NCBI GenBank assembly: GCA_964016885.1
Contig: OZ024740.1
Coordinates: 257,796,001-257,860,000, forward strand
From: Eledone cirrhosa
Lineage: Eukaryota
Direction: 5' to 3'
Length of the DNA: 64,000 nucleotides
This document shows, piece by piece, positions 27,540-37,999 of the stretch. Position 1 is the stretch's first letter; every line of letters starts with the position of its first letter. The notes under the pieces were generated by a model, which worked only from the letters and a program-made list of their open reading frames with translations, ran no database searches and had not been told where the DNA came from. Position numbers and translations under genes: made by a program.

Positions 27540-28095
27540 TAACTTCTCTTTCTCATCAGGAGCAACCGAGCTCATGGACGTTATTCAACCATCTTGCTCA
27601 GGGTTTACCACAGACTTTCCTGCCAGTTGGAATTGCCCGTAAAATTTGTGCAGCAATGTTCTCCTTAAACATTATAGCGGTTCTAACTGGAGTAACCGCT
27701 TGATCTCTAATACACAACCCTTATCGAGTAACGTCTCTTCAAAGGAACCCCCATTGTATTCGAGATCATATTCTATCGGTCTTTACCAAAGGTTTATGAC
27801 CATAAATAAGGGTAAACACGAACTCGAATTGAAGATAGCGAGTTTGACATTTACACCTACCTCCATTCTTCTCATTACTAAATTCTGAAGTTTGTGCACT
27901 ACTGTACCAAATTCTGAAAGTGTTACATTTAGTTCAGCCTACTCTCCCCAGTCTCTCTAGAAAACGCCCTCTGAGATACTTGAACGTCTCTAGCTTGAGA
28001 GTGCACTGCACAGTCTTCCTTGAAAGGATGAGTGTCTCAGTCATTGCAGCAATCATTTTAATTCCTGCCATGAAGCACTCGGCAACAAACCTATT
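27540..28095 (-). mobile_element. Decayed RTE-like LINE 3' fragment
   Basis: Colinear similarity to the 3' part of the RTE at 38000-38760 (GCTCATGGA.GTTAT.CAACC; AATTGAAGATAGCGAGT...CCTACCT). Confidence 0.6.
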
Positions 28096-28509
28096 CAGTG
28101 TATGTTAAATTCATTAATAATATTACTGATGTTGTTTTTGTTCATGATGGTGTTGATGATGATGATGATGAATATGAAAAATATGATGATGATTATGTCG
28201 GCGTTGTTATTGAATTTGTTGTTGTCGACAATGATGTTGATGATATTTTACTGTGGATGTTGTTGAATCTGTTACCGACGAGGTTATTGGTGCTGATTAT
28301 AAAAAGAAAAATCGATTCAAACACACATATTCTTAATTGCGTCCGCACACACATATACTATTTGTATTTGATGTCTTTTACGTCAGATATAAAATCATCA
28401 ATTTGAGAAAATGAGATAGCCGATTAAATAGACCTCAGGTCTCCTACTTTTTTATCGAGCCCGGAAATATTAAAGGCAAAGTTGTCTTCGGTAGTATTAG
28501 AACTCAGAC

Positions 28510-28694
28510 ATAATTGTTTCTACGTTAGGCACAAGGCCAGCAATTACCCAGTGTATTACTGGTACTTTATTTTATCGACCCCGTAAGGATGAAAGGCAAA
28601 GTTAACCTCGGCGGGATTTGAACTCAGAATGGCAAGGGCCGTAACTCTATGCGTCAACGCATGGCGTCCGACCCTCTACCGATACTGCCAAACC
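28510..28694 (-). mobile_element. Young SINE nested inside an older SINE of the same superfamily (28415-28765)
   Basis: Consensus copy flanked by the two halves of a diverged copy (AAAGGCAAAGTTGTCTTCGG..AACTCAG on the left, TGTCCGATGCTCTATCGATTCT on the right). Confidence 0.8.
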
Positions 28695-28878
28695 ACAATA
28701 AGCCGTAGCTATACGCCGCAAGTTATTTTGTCCGATGCTCTATCGATTCTATCAACGCACCACACTGATATTTGTATATAATGATTGTAGTGTAACTATA
28801 TCCATATATGTATCCAAAATTATAATTATTGGCACTGTTTTGCCATCATGATCAAAATCTTATATTTTATTATCACCA

Positions 28879-28958
28879 TTAGAATGTATATACTTATTAG
28901 AATGTATATACTTATTAGAATGTATATACTTATTAGAATGTATATACGTATTAGAATG
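28879..28958. repeat. 18-bp tandem repeat (TTAGAATGTATATACTTA), ~4.5 copies
   Basis: Directly visible. Confidence 0.9.
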
Positions 28959-29150
28959 TAAGTATGTATACGTACATACATATTTGTATACAGACGTACA
29001 GTAGTATGTATATACATACATGCACACATATATATATGTACGTATGGGTTTACCGAACATTTATTATATTGCCCGGTTTGTTTGTAAACAAACAGCCCGA
29101 ATTATTAGTCGTACAGTGTTCGGCAACCATCGTTGCCCTTTTGTTCAACA

Positions 29151-29220
29151 CTGACAAAAGAAACGACGAACTAGTTTCTAGCTTATTGGCTGTCATCAGC
29201 ACCGTATACCTTCCTGTCAG
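29151..29220 (-). ncRNA. Hammerhead ribozyme motif (left arm)
   Basis: Minus strand CGGTG-CTGATGA-C-AGCC(AATA)AGCT-A-GAAA-CTAG-TT-CGTCG. Confidence 0.65.
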
Positions 29221-29514
29221 TTGATTGAAAGTTTGAAAGTATATACTTTCCTTACGCATATTAACGGCTGAGTAGCTTAATTTGCATATCGAATGAATTA
29301 GTCGGACGGGCGTAACGAAAACAATAAATGGAAAAAATGAAATTTCATTTCTCACTCTTAGTACGGCTGATACTTAAATATATGTATACGGAAATGCATA
29401 TATGTATACAGACGTACAGTAATATGTATATACATATATATATGCACACATATATATATGTACTCAGCCGTTAATATGCATAAGGAAAGTATATACTTTC
29501 AAACGTTCAATCAA

Positions 29515-29583
29515 CTGACAGGAAGGTATACGGTGCTGATGACAGCTAATAAGCTAGAAACTAGTTCATCGGTCCTTTGTCAG
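29515..29583 (+). ncRNA. Hammerhead ribozyme motif (right arm)
   Basis: CGGTG-CTGATGA-C-AGCT(AATA)AGCT-A-GAAA-CTAG-TT-CATCG; palindromic stem III ACTAGT; outer stem CTGACA/TGTCAG. Confidence 0.75.
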
Positions 29584-30549
29584 TGTTGAACAAAATGGCA
29601 ACGATGGTTGCCGAACACTGTACGACTAATAATTCGGGCTGTTTGTTTACAGACAAACCGAGCATTATAATAAATGTTCGGTAAACCCATACGTACATAT
29701 ATATATGTGTGCATGTATGTATGTATATACATACTACTGTACGTCTGTATACACATATGTATGTACATATACATACTTATATTTAAGTATCAGTCGTACT
29801 AAGAGTGAGAAATGAAATTTGATTTTTTCTTCATAGAATGTATATACTTGTTTACATACCAAATAAACCTTTTTTTCTTCATATAAAGAAATTACATTTA
29901 TAAATACCAAGAAGAAAAAAAGAAAATAATAAATATATCTTATAAAATCATAGAAAATTATACAAAACATTATTATTATTTCATATGTCCCTTTAAGTTC
30001 TGCGTCCAAAGTCCACCGAGGTTAGCTTTGCCTTTCATCCTTTCAGTGTCGATAAATTAAAGTAACAGAAACACACTAGGGTTGTTTTATCGACTTTCCC
30101 ATCACCAAAAATTGTTGGCCTAGTGGGTAAATCAGAAATATTACTTGAAAAATCATCATCATTATCATAGTTCGTTTTAAGTTTTTCATTCTAAAGGATA
30201 CTCTGACAGACTTCTGATGGAAATACCAAATTGACATATTTAATACAATATTGTGAAAATATGTAGAGAGAAAGGAACCAACAGCCGCGGATGTTTGACT
30301 CACCACTACCACCCACACTGCAATAACCACGATGAAAACCTCCCACGCCAGCACGAGTACCACCACAAGACCATGCCATCATGCAGCAGAGAGATATTCT
30401 ATAGATTAGCTGATAAAATAATTATAACGAAACGAATATTTGATGATAATTTGATACCATTACGTTTTAACAAGAAGATATGACACTATTGGTTTGGAAA
30501 AATTATTGTAAAGTTATCCAGTTGTAAAATAAATTTTGATGAAAGAAGG

Positions 30550-30830
30550 GGGTGCGAGTGTGTGGCCTAGTGGTGTGGGTGTTGGACACGATCATAATGT
30601 CATGGTTTCGATTCCTGGGCTGGGTTGTGTGCTGTGTTCTTGAGCAAAACACTTCATTTCACATTGTTCCAGTATATTCAGCTGAAAATTAGTTCCAGCA
30701 ATAACTGAGGGTTTGAACCTGTAATAGACTGGTCTCCGGTCCAGGGGAAATCTTGTACTCTCAGTCGATTCACGCCACAAAACCTGGATAAGCACCGGCC
30801 TGATGAGCCTCCTGGCTTGAGACAGAGTTT
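30550..30830 (+). mobile_element. Second tRNA-derived SINE family
   Basis: GTGGCCTAGTGG A-box, GTTTCGATTCC B-box, TGTGTTCTTGAGCAAAACACTT body; related fragments near 42660-42820 (-) and 43070-43150 (+). Confidence 0.7.
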
Positions 30831-31102
30831 AGGGTGGAGGTGTGATGGCTGTTCAAACATGAGTATTGGATTAAGTACTGGGTGTTGGTCCTCCATCACT
30901 CACAACGACGACGATTCCAATTTTTCGATCAACGGACAAACCTATTTCTGAAATTAATTTGCAAATGTCTGAGCATATCATAGTCACGTGTGCTCCCAGC
31001 GGATTCTTCAAGAAAATTGAGCATGCCACAATGTGATCCTGTATTTACACAAGTATGCAGATATATGCATAAAGGAACGTGATTATACATACGTAGAAAA
31101 AA

Positions 31103-31156
<54 letters not shown>

Positions 31157-31362
31157 ATGTATGTGTTTGTGTGCATCTTTATTTTACATAGAAATAACTT
31201 CTGCAAGAATAGAATTATTCCATCCATATTTATAAGTAATTTCTATCTAAAATGAAGATGCATATTTTCTGTCAACATATTGAGTACGGTTTTTAACTGT
31301 GGTTATTTCCTGATCCCCGTCGAAACTCCACCTTAATAATAGAGTATAATATATATGTATGC

Positions 31363-31445
<83 letters not shown>

Positions 31446-31594
31446 GATAAATCTACCAAAATGTACGGTAGTGTCGAATCCGTATGAAGAACTCAATGTA
31501 ATCCGAATATCATGAAAAAAGAAGATGTATTCAAAAATCTTTTTTCTGATGAAAAATACAGGAAAACAGAGTCAAGATAAATTAACAAATAATG

Positions 31595-31947
31595 AATAAA
31601 AATAATGAATAAAAACAAAGAAACAGTTCCTTATATTAAAAAATTCATCATTTTACGATCGTTTCTAGGATATATATGTTTGTGTTGGTATGTATATCAT
31701 ATAGATCTATGTAAAATTTTTACAAACTATCAGAGGGTATATACATACCTACACATATATGCTGTCTTCAGAAGACAGCATATATATGTGTAGGTATGTA
31801 TATACCCTCTGATAGTTTGTAAACATTTTACATAGATCTATATGATATACATACCAACACAAACATATATATCCTAGAAACGATCGTAAAATGATGAATT
31901 TTTTAATATAAGGAACTGTTTCTCTGTTCTTATTCATTATTTTTATT
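31595..31947. repeat. ~350-bp near-perfect palindrome with a 1-nt spacer
   Basis: Centre TGCTGTCTTC-A-GAAGACAGCA at 31770; near-identical ORFs on opposite strands. Confidence 0.95.
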
Positions 31948-31970
31948 AATTTATATATATATATATATAT

Positions 31971-32557
31971 AAATGTAATCTGAGTTTTTCGAATATTAAT
32001 AATAATATTCGATTCGTTTGCAATTATGCAAACAAGCCTCTTTTTAAAGCCATGTCAGTAGAGTGAGCCACTCGTTCTTACTCTTGTGTTGGCATGTGAA
32101 CAGAACTGCAGACACTATTGTTTTGGGCTATTACCCTTCATCAGTACAGTTCACTGTTCAACTGCCAACTTTCAGAGCTAGTGAAAATATATATTTTCTA
32201 AAATATACAAAAAAAAAAATATTTTTTTCAAATATGGCAAAGCCTGTCATTGATCGCTCGTATACAGGAAACTAACTGTTCAGTGTGCTGATATGTAAAT
32301 ATGGCCGATCTGTCACTGTATATTTTAGAAAACATATATTTTCCCTAGTTCTGACTGTTGGCATGTAAACAGTCAACTGTACTGATGAAGGGTAATACCC
32401 AGAAACATTAGTGTCTGCAGTTCTGTTTACATGCCAACACAAGAGCAAGAATGCAGGGCTCATTCTACTGACATGCTTTAAAAAAAGAGGCTTGTTTGCA
32501 TAATTGCAAACGAATCGAATATTATTATTAATATTCGAAAAACTCAGATTACATTTA
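31971..32557. mobile_element. Non-coding HHR-bearing ~330-bp unit (32230-32557) preceded by an inverted partial copy (31971-32209)
   Basis: Inverted arms; the same unit occurs alone at 45462-45786. Confidence 0.8.
32356..32439 (+). ncRNA. Hammerhead ribozyme motif with long stem I
   Basis: TGTTGGCATGTAAACAG-TC-AACTGTA-CTGATGA-A-GGGT(AAT)ACCC-A-GAAA-CA(TTAG)TG-TC-TGCAGTT-CTGTTTACATGCCAACA; GUC triplet at 32413-32415. Confidence 0.78.
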
Positions 32558-32597
32558 TTGTATTCAGCCATGTAGATTTTTTAAAATTATATATATC

Positions 32598-33232
32598 CCA
32601 GCAGTGGTACCTGGCGTTGCACGGGATAAGGTATTTTGGAATGCGGACCGCCAACAGACCTAATCGTGGAAAAACTGTATACCAGGACAATATGTAAGGA
32701 AAATAAACCGAATACTCTGATGGCTGGATAATCTTTAAGATTTTCCTCGATGAAGCAGGAAAAATTCAGGTTTTCACCTAATGCGGGCCCTAGGGGATCA
32801 ATAAAATGAATTTTTTATGTGCATAATATGCCTTGAAATTTCGGGAAAATCGGCTACAGATAACGCCTCCAAAAAGCCCGAAGAAGTTGAAAAAATGAAG
32901 ATTTTCACCTAATGCCGGCCCTAGGCCATAAAAAAAGTTGGATTTTCTTTGCTCATGGTATGAAGAATACACTGACTAATACATAGTTACAATTTCAAGG
33001 AAATCGGTCTGAAGTAAGGCCTAAAAAAAACTCTAAAATTAAAAAAATACGCAGTTTTTCACCTAATGCGGGCCCTAGGAGGTAAAGAAGTTGAATGTTT
33101 GTATGTACATAACACTCCCTGAAACATAAGTAATACACATGTAAAGTTTGAAAAAAATCGGTTGAGTACTTCTCGAGTTTTAGGGACTCAAACTCACAGA
33201 GACACACATACACACACGCACACACACACACA

Positions 33233-33297
<65 letters not shown>

Positions 33298-33591
33298 ACA
33301 CACACACACACACACATACATCCTCAGGGAAGGGACGTAATGCAGACACCCAGATATTATATGTATGTATCTAAAAAGAGAAAGACTAAGAATTATAGAG
33401 AGCGATCGCTATATCGCCTAATGCGGTTCCTAGGGCATTGAAAATTTGAAATGTTTTGCTCAGAACACTCCCTGAAAGATATGTATTACACGTGTAAAAT
33501 TTGAAAAGAGTCGGTTGGGTGTTTCTCGAGTTTTAGGGATTCAAACTTACACACACACACAGACAGACATCCTCAGTTTTATATATATAGA
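32598..33591 (-). mobile_element. Non-autonomous Helitron with internal subrepeats
   Basis: Minus-strand 5' end A|TCTATATATATAAAACTGAGGATGTCTGTCTG; 3' GC-rich subterminal motif and CTGG (variant CTAG); internal repeats of TTTTCACCTAATGCGGGCCCTAGG at ~32771, 32903, 33056 and a partial one at ~33415. Confidence 0.7.
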
Positions 33592-34067
33592 TGCGTGTGT
33601 ATGTGTGCGTATGTGTGTGTGTGTGTACGCGTGTGTATTTGTGAATGTGTGTGTATGTTTGCGGAGGTGTATCGGTTGTGTTCCTATTACAGAAATTATC
33701 AGAAATATTTACTCGCATATATACCACACTTGTGTATGATGTCTATATAATAGAAATATTAAACACAAGTACATAACACAAGTGGCTGTGATGTGTGTAT
33801 GTATGTGTAATGTAGATAATGTGTGTATACAAGTGAAGGGCCTGTGAAGTGTGTATATGTCGTATTTTGAATTTAGCAATGAATTGTTAACGTCAATTAT
33901 AACAGAAACATTAATTTATATTCTAATTAATGATTACATCTTAATTACTGGTTTAGATTAGGGAAGATTTCTATCAATGTTTATGCTTGTTAGGTATGGG
34001 GTCCCTATATGAACATGTACATGGCCACGTTTATATAGATTCACACACATTCACACACATTCACACG

Positions 34068-34099
<32 letters not shown>

Positions 34100-34214
34100 A
34101 TAGTCAATGTTTGTTTGGCTTCTAGTTTGTGTGTGCACGATTTTGTCGTTGTTATAAATTGTTGTTTAGCTCCACGTCATCCGTGATCGAGGGGATTTAT
34201 GAATGAAGGGAAGC

Positions 34215-34258
34215 CAAATGTGGCCACTCCATCTAAAAAGATGGAGTGGCCACATTTG
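34215..34258. repeat. Perfect 20-bp-arm hairpin
   Basis: CAAATGTGGCCACTCCATCT-AAAA-AGATGGAGTGGCCACATTTG. Confidence 0.9.
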
Positions 34259-34666
34259 ATCATAGATTGTATATGTTGTTATATGTTATTGCTTTTCTTG
34301 AATCACTTGTTAACCTAGTACCTTCAGTGCATTATGGTATAGAAATAAATAGTTACATATGACTGCTAAAGTGGACACCTGCTGGAATTGAACTCACTAA
34401 GGTGAGAAGATCATTCAACTAAAGCAGAGTTATAATATACAATGTTCACAGCTAATCCCTAAAACCCTTGTCAGCTAGCAAATGTTTGTTGCAACTGTAA
34501 TTCGATGGGCCAGCTTTATATCTTTGGTAATTATGTTAAGGTTACACGTCTGTATTGAATACCCAACTATATGAATGTGAATTTCAGAAGAATATGTCAT
34601 TGGAATAACAACTGGAATATGTGGCCTCGAATCTACAAAGGTCCCATACGCATAAATTGTGAATTA

Positions 34667-34759
34667 TCTTCTTCTTCTTCTTCTTCTTCTTCTTCTTCTT
34701 CTTCTTCTTCTTCTTCTTCTGCTTCTTCTTCTTCTTGTTGGTGTTGCTGTTGTTGTTGC

Positions 34760-34794
<35 letters not shown>
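34667..34794. repeat. (TTC)n-(TTG)n compound microsatellite
   Basis: Directly visible. Confidence 0.95.
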
Positions 34795-34795
<1 letters not shown>

Positions 34796-34972
34796 ATCGC
34801 TAGAGCTTCGGACGCCATCGTTTGCAGCATTGAGTAACGGCCCTTTATGATGAGTTCAAATCCCGCCGAGGTTGACTTTGCCTTTCATCCTTACGGGGTC
34901 GATAAAATAAAGAACCAGTAATACATTGGGAAAATTGCTGGCCGTGTGCCAAAAGTAGAAACAATTATTATT
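34795..34972 (+). mobile_element. tRNA-derived SINE (5' end clipped)
   Basis: Consensus body and tail. Confidence 0.85.
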
Positions 34973-34974
34973 GT

Positions 34975-35660
34975 TTCTTCTCTCCGCTTCTAACGCTACA
35001 GATGTATTACAATGCTATTCACTGCCAGTGAACTGACGTAATGCGCTTATTTTTCGATTATCCTCTGGAGTATTCGAGCAATGTTTCTTTTTCTTAAGTG
35101 TTTCATCCATATTGCAATCCCTATCTGGTTAGCGTACGTCTCACGATCTTTACTCATTCTTCCTAAGACTCCAAATATTATTAGTATTACCACCAACTTT
35201 TTCAGTGACCCTAACTGCTTAATCGCCCAAGCTAACCTATCATAATTATAATTTTTTCCCTTCATACATTTTTATCGGCTGGACATGTTACATCTACGAT
35301 CCAACACTGTTTGTTTTCTTTCTCAATTAATACAATATCTGGTCTCCTAAGCTCAATTTTAATGTGACACTCAATCACAAAATCCCACAGGATCTTTACA
35401 TAATCATTTTAGATAACGCCCTCGGGGTTATGTTCGTACCACTTTTCTGTCCTGTCAAGTGCATATTTGTCACAAAGTGTCCAATGGACTATCCTTGCTA
35501 TGTTGCCGTGACGTTTCATATATAAAGAGTGATACTACCCATGTATTGATAGCCTCCATCTTATTTCGTCCATTCAGTTTCGACTTCAGAATAAGTCTCG
35601 GTCTGCGCTTGTATTCCACCTTAAATATTTCTTTATTTTCCTCCTGCATTATCTTATAAA
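34975..35660 (-). mobile_element. Internally deleted R4/Dong-like LINE, family A
   Basis: Reverse complement of parts of 51600-51740 and 52300-53310. Confidence 0.85.
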
Positions 35661-35662
35661 TT

Positions 35663-37409
35663 TCAAATTTTCTTTAACCATCCCTGGAAACCTTTGGAGA
35701 TAGTCCCCAGTGCGCCTATGACAATCGGGATCACTTTGACTTCATGGCAGTTCCAAATCCTTTTCACCTCCCACTTTAGGTCCTGGTATCGGTTAATTTT
35801 CTCCCTCTCCTTCTCTTGCACTCTCGTGTCGAACGGGCAGGCCACATCCACAATCAGACACGATCTTTTTTCTTTGTCCACAACCACCAGGTCAGGTCTA
35901 TTGTGTTCCAGTTTTTTGTCCGTCTGTATCCTTAAATCCCACAGCACCTTCACCTGATTGTTCTCCATCACCGCCTCTGGCCTATGCTCATACCATTTCT
36001 CAGAATGTGGTAAATTGTTTACTTTGCACAGGTGCCAGTGGATCACCCTGCCCATCACATCGTGTCTCCAGCCCTTATAGTGGGTCTGGGCTAGGTGTTT
36101 ACACTCGGACACAATGTGAGCCACAGTCTCCTCTCTCTCTCCACAGATCCTGCACAGTGGGCTAGCCTCCTCCTTGTAAATATGGTGCTTCAACCACTTC
36201 GTTTTGAGGGCCTGCTCCTGCGCAGCCATTAGCATTCCTTCTGTAGCCTTTTTGAGGTCTCCTCTTCTCAACCAGTTCCATGTCTGTGGATCTCTAAATT
36301 CAGTTTTCTCAAAGAAGGTACTATGAAGGGATTTTCCCTTAAGGCTGCTCTTCCTCCTTGATGTTATTTCCTCCTTGGACATCCCCTGGCCTACTGTCCC
36401 CTCCTTCAGTACAGTTCTGAGCATTGGCTCCTTACTATAGGTCACGTATTTGTATAGGTTGTTTTTCTCCATCTGAACACAGTCCTCTATGCTGATAAGA
36501 CCTCTTCCACCCTCATATCTCCTTAGGTAGAGTCTATCGACATCACTCCTCTTGTGGAACATGTTGTAGATAGTCAATAGCTTCCTAGTCTTCCTATCCA
36601 TTTCTTTTTGTTCAGCAACATTCCATCTCAGAATTCCCGCACTGTACCTAATAATAGACACAGCTCGGGAATTTACTGCGCTTATGGCATTTCAGCTGTT
36701 CAGATGTGACTTCAATACGCTCCTTTTTTTTGTTCTTGATGCCATCAGCCTCCAGAACGCCCAAATACTTGTATCCTTCCTCAGAGTCAATTTCCTTTAT
36801 CATCTCACCTGTTGGTATCTGGATCCCGTTATTTCTGCTCAACCTACCCCTCCTCATCACAATGACTCCACATTTACCAATACCAAACTGCATACATATA
36901 TCACTGCTGAAAATACGGACAGTGTCAACAAGCACATCCAACTCCTTCTCACTTTTCCCGAAGAGCTTAAGATCGTCCATGAAGAGGAGGTGATTGATGG
37001 TAAGCTCTCCCCTTCCCAACTTGTATCCTGCTCTCACTTTTCGCAGCATAATGGTCAAGGGCATCAGGGCAAGGACAAACAACAGAGGGGACAGGCTATC
37101 TCCCTGGAAGATACCTCTCTTGATCTTCACGCTTCCCAAGGATACTCCAGTTGATGTCAACTCTGTCTCCCAGGACCCCATACTCCTGCCTAGCAACTGT
37201 CTGATGTTATCTGCCACCCTGAAGATCTCCAGGCTTTTGGTGATCCAAGAATGAGGCACCATGTCAAATGCCTTTCTGTAGTCTATCCATCCCATGGCAA
37301 GATCAGTGTGTCTCCTCCTGCAATTCCCCATTACCATCTTATCAATAAGTAACTGGTCCTTTGTACCACGTGACTTCTTTCGGCATCCTTTCTGTTCGTC
37401 CGGTAACAA
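35663..37409 (-). mobile_element. R4/Dong-like RLE LINE, family B: RT, CCHC knuckle and restriction-like endonuclease, one frameshift
   Basis: [42 protein letters not shown]; CRICGEREETVAHIVSEC, RHD, HNRPDLVVVD...DVACP...KINRYQDL. Confidence 0.93.
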
Positions 37410-37434
37410 GTTGTTTGTGTGGAGGTGATGGTAG

Positions 37435-37437
<3 letters not shown>

Positions 37438-37492
<55 letters not shown>
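37438..37492. repeat. (TTA)n microsatellite
   Basis: Directly visible. Confidence 0.97.
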
Positions 37493-37995
37493 TTTATCTG
37501 TCTGGTGGCCATGGCGAAAGAGATTGTATGGTGGACACGTTTGAAAGGGCTGAAGACGAGCACTTACCTCTTCGGTGATGCCCTGATTAACTTTTTCAAA
37601 TTTCATTTGAAAAGGAAAATCAGGGTGGAGAGGGAAGTGCTCTCTTTCCGGCATTTTGTTGAAAGATGGGTGAGCGAGGCAAGAATGGCCCGAGTGAATG
37701 GGCCTACTCTGTGTATGTGTCTGTAAATTAAAGGTGGAAAACTGGGAGAGGGCACTTGCCCTGGTGGTCAGGGTCACTGTGGCTTTTTAATGGGCTTTCT
37801 CCACAAATGTCCCTCGGAAGTCTCCCCCTATTGGGGAATTTTTCATTGTTATTTTTTTGCTACATCCTCTGTTTTTGTTTTTTACACCCAGAAATGCCCA
37901 TTTGTACCGTCCTGTATTGTCCCGTACTGTCCTTAATGTCTAATTTATGTAAACTCTAGTGGTTAATAAAGAAAGCATTATTATTGTTATTATTA
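37493..37995 (+). mobile_element. 5'-truncated Tx1/L1-clade LINE 3' end
   Basis: FICLVAMAKEIVWWTR...REVLSFRHFVERW; homologous to 46620-46730 (-); AATAAA followed by TTA repeats. Confidence 0.75.
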
Positions 37996-37999
37996 TTTA

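Larger units (their letters stand above)
28959..29820. mobile_element. Non-coding HHR-bearing element (retrozyme/pLTR-like): ~418-bp partial tandem plus an inverted copy
   Basis: Arms 28959-29274 and 29461-29779; CAGACGTACAGT repeated at 28991 and 29409. Confidence 0.8.

Noticed and set aside
30808-30835. CTGATGAGCC..GGC motif
   Set aside because: No GAAA or stem III; part of a SINE 3' region
31540-31580. CTGATGA...GAAA...GTC hammerhead-like string
   Set aside because: No pairing in stem II or stem III
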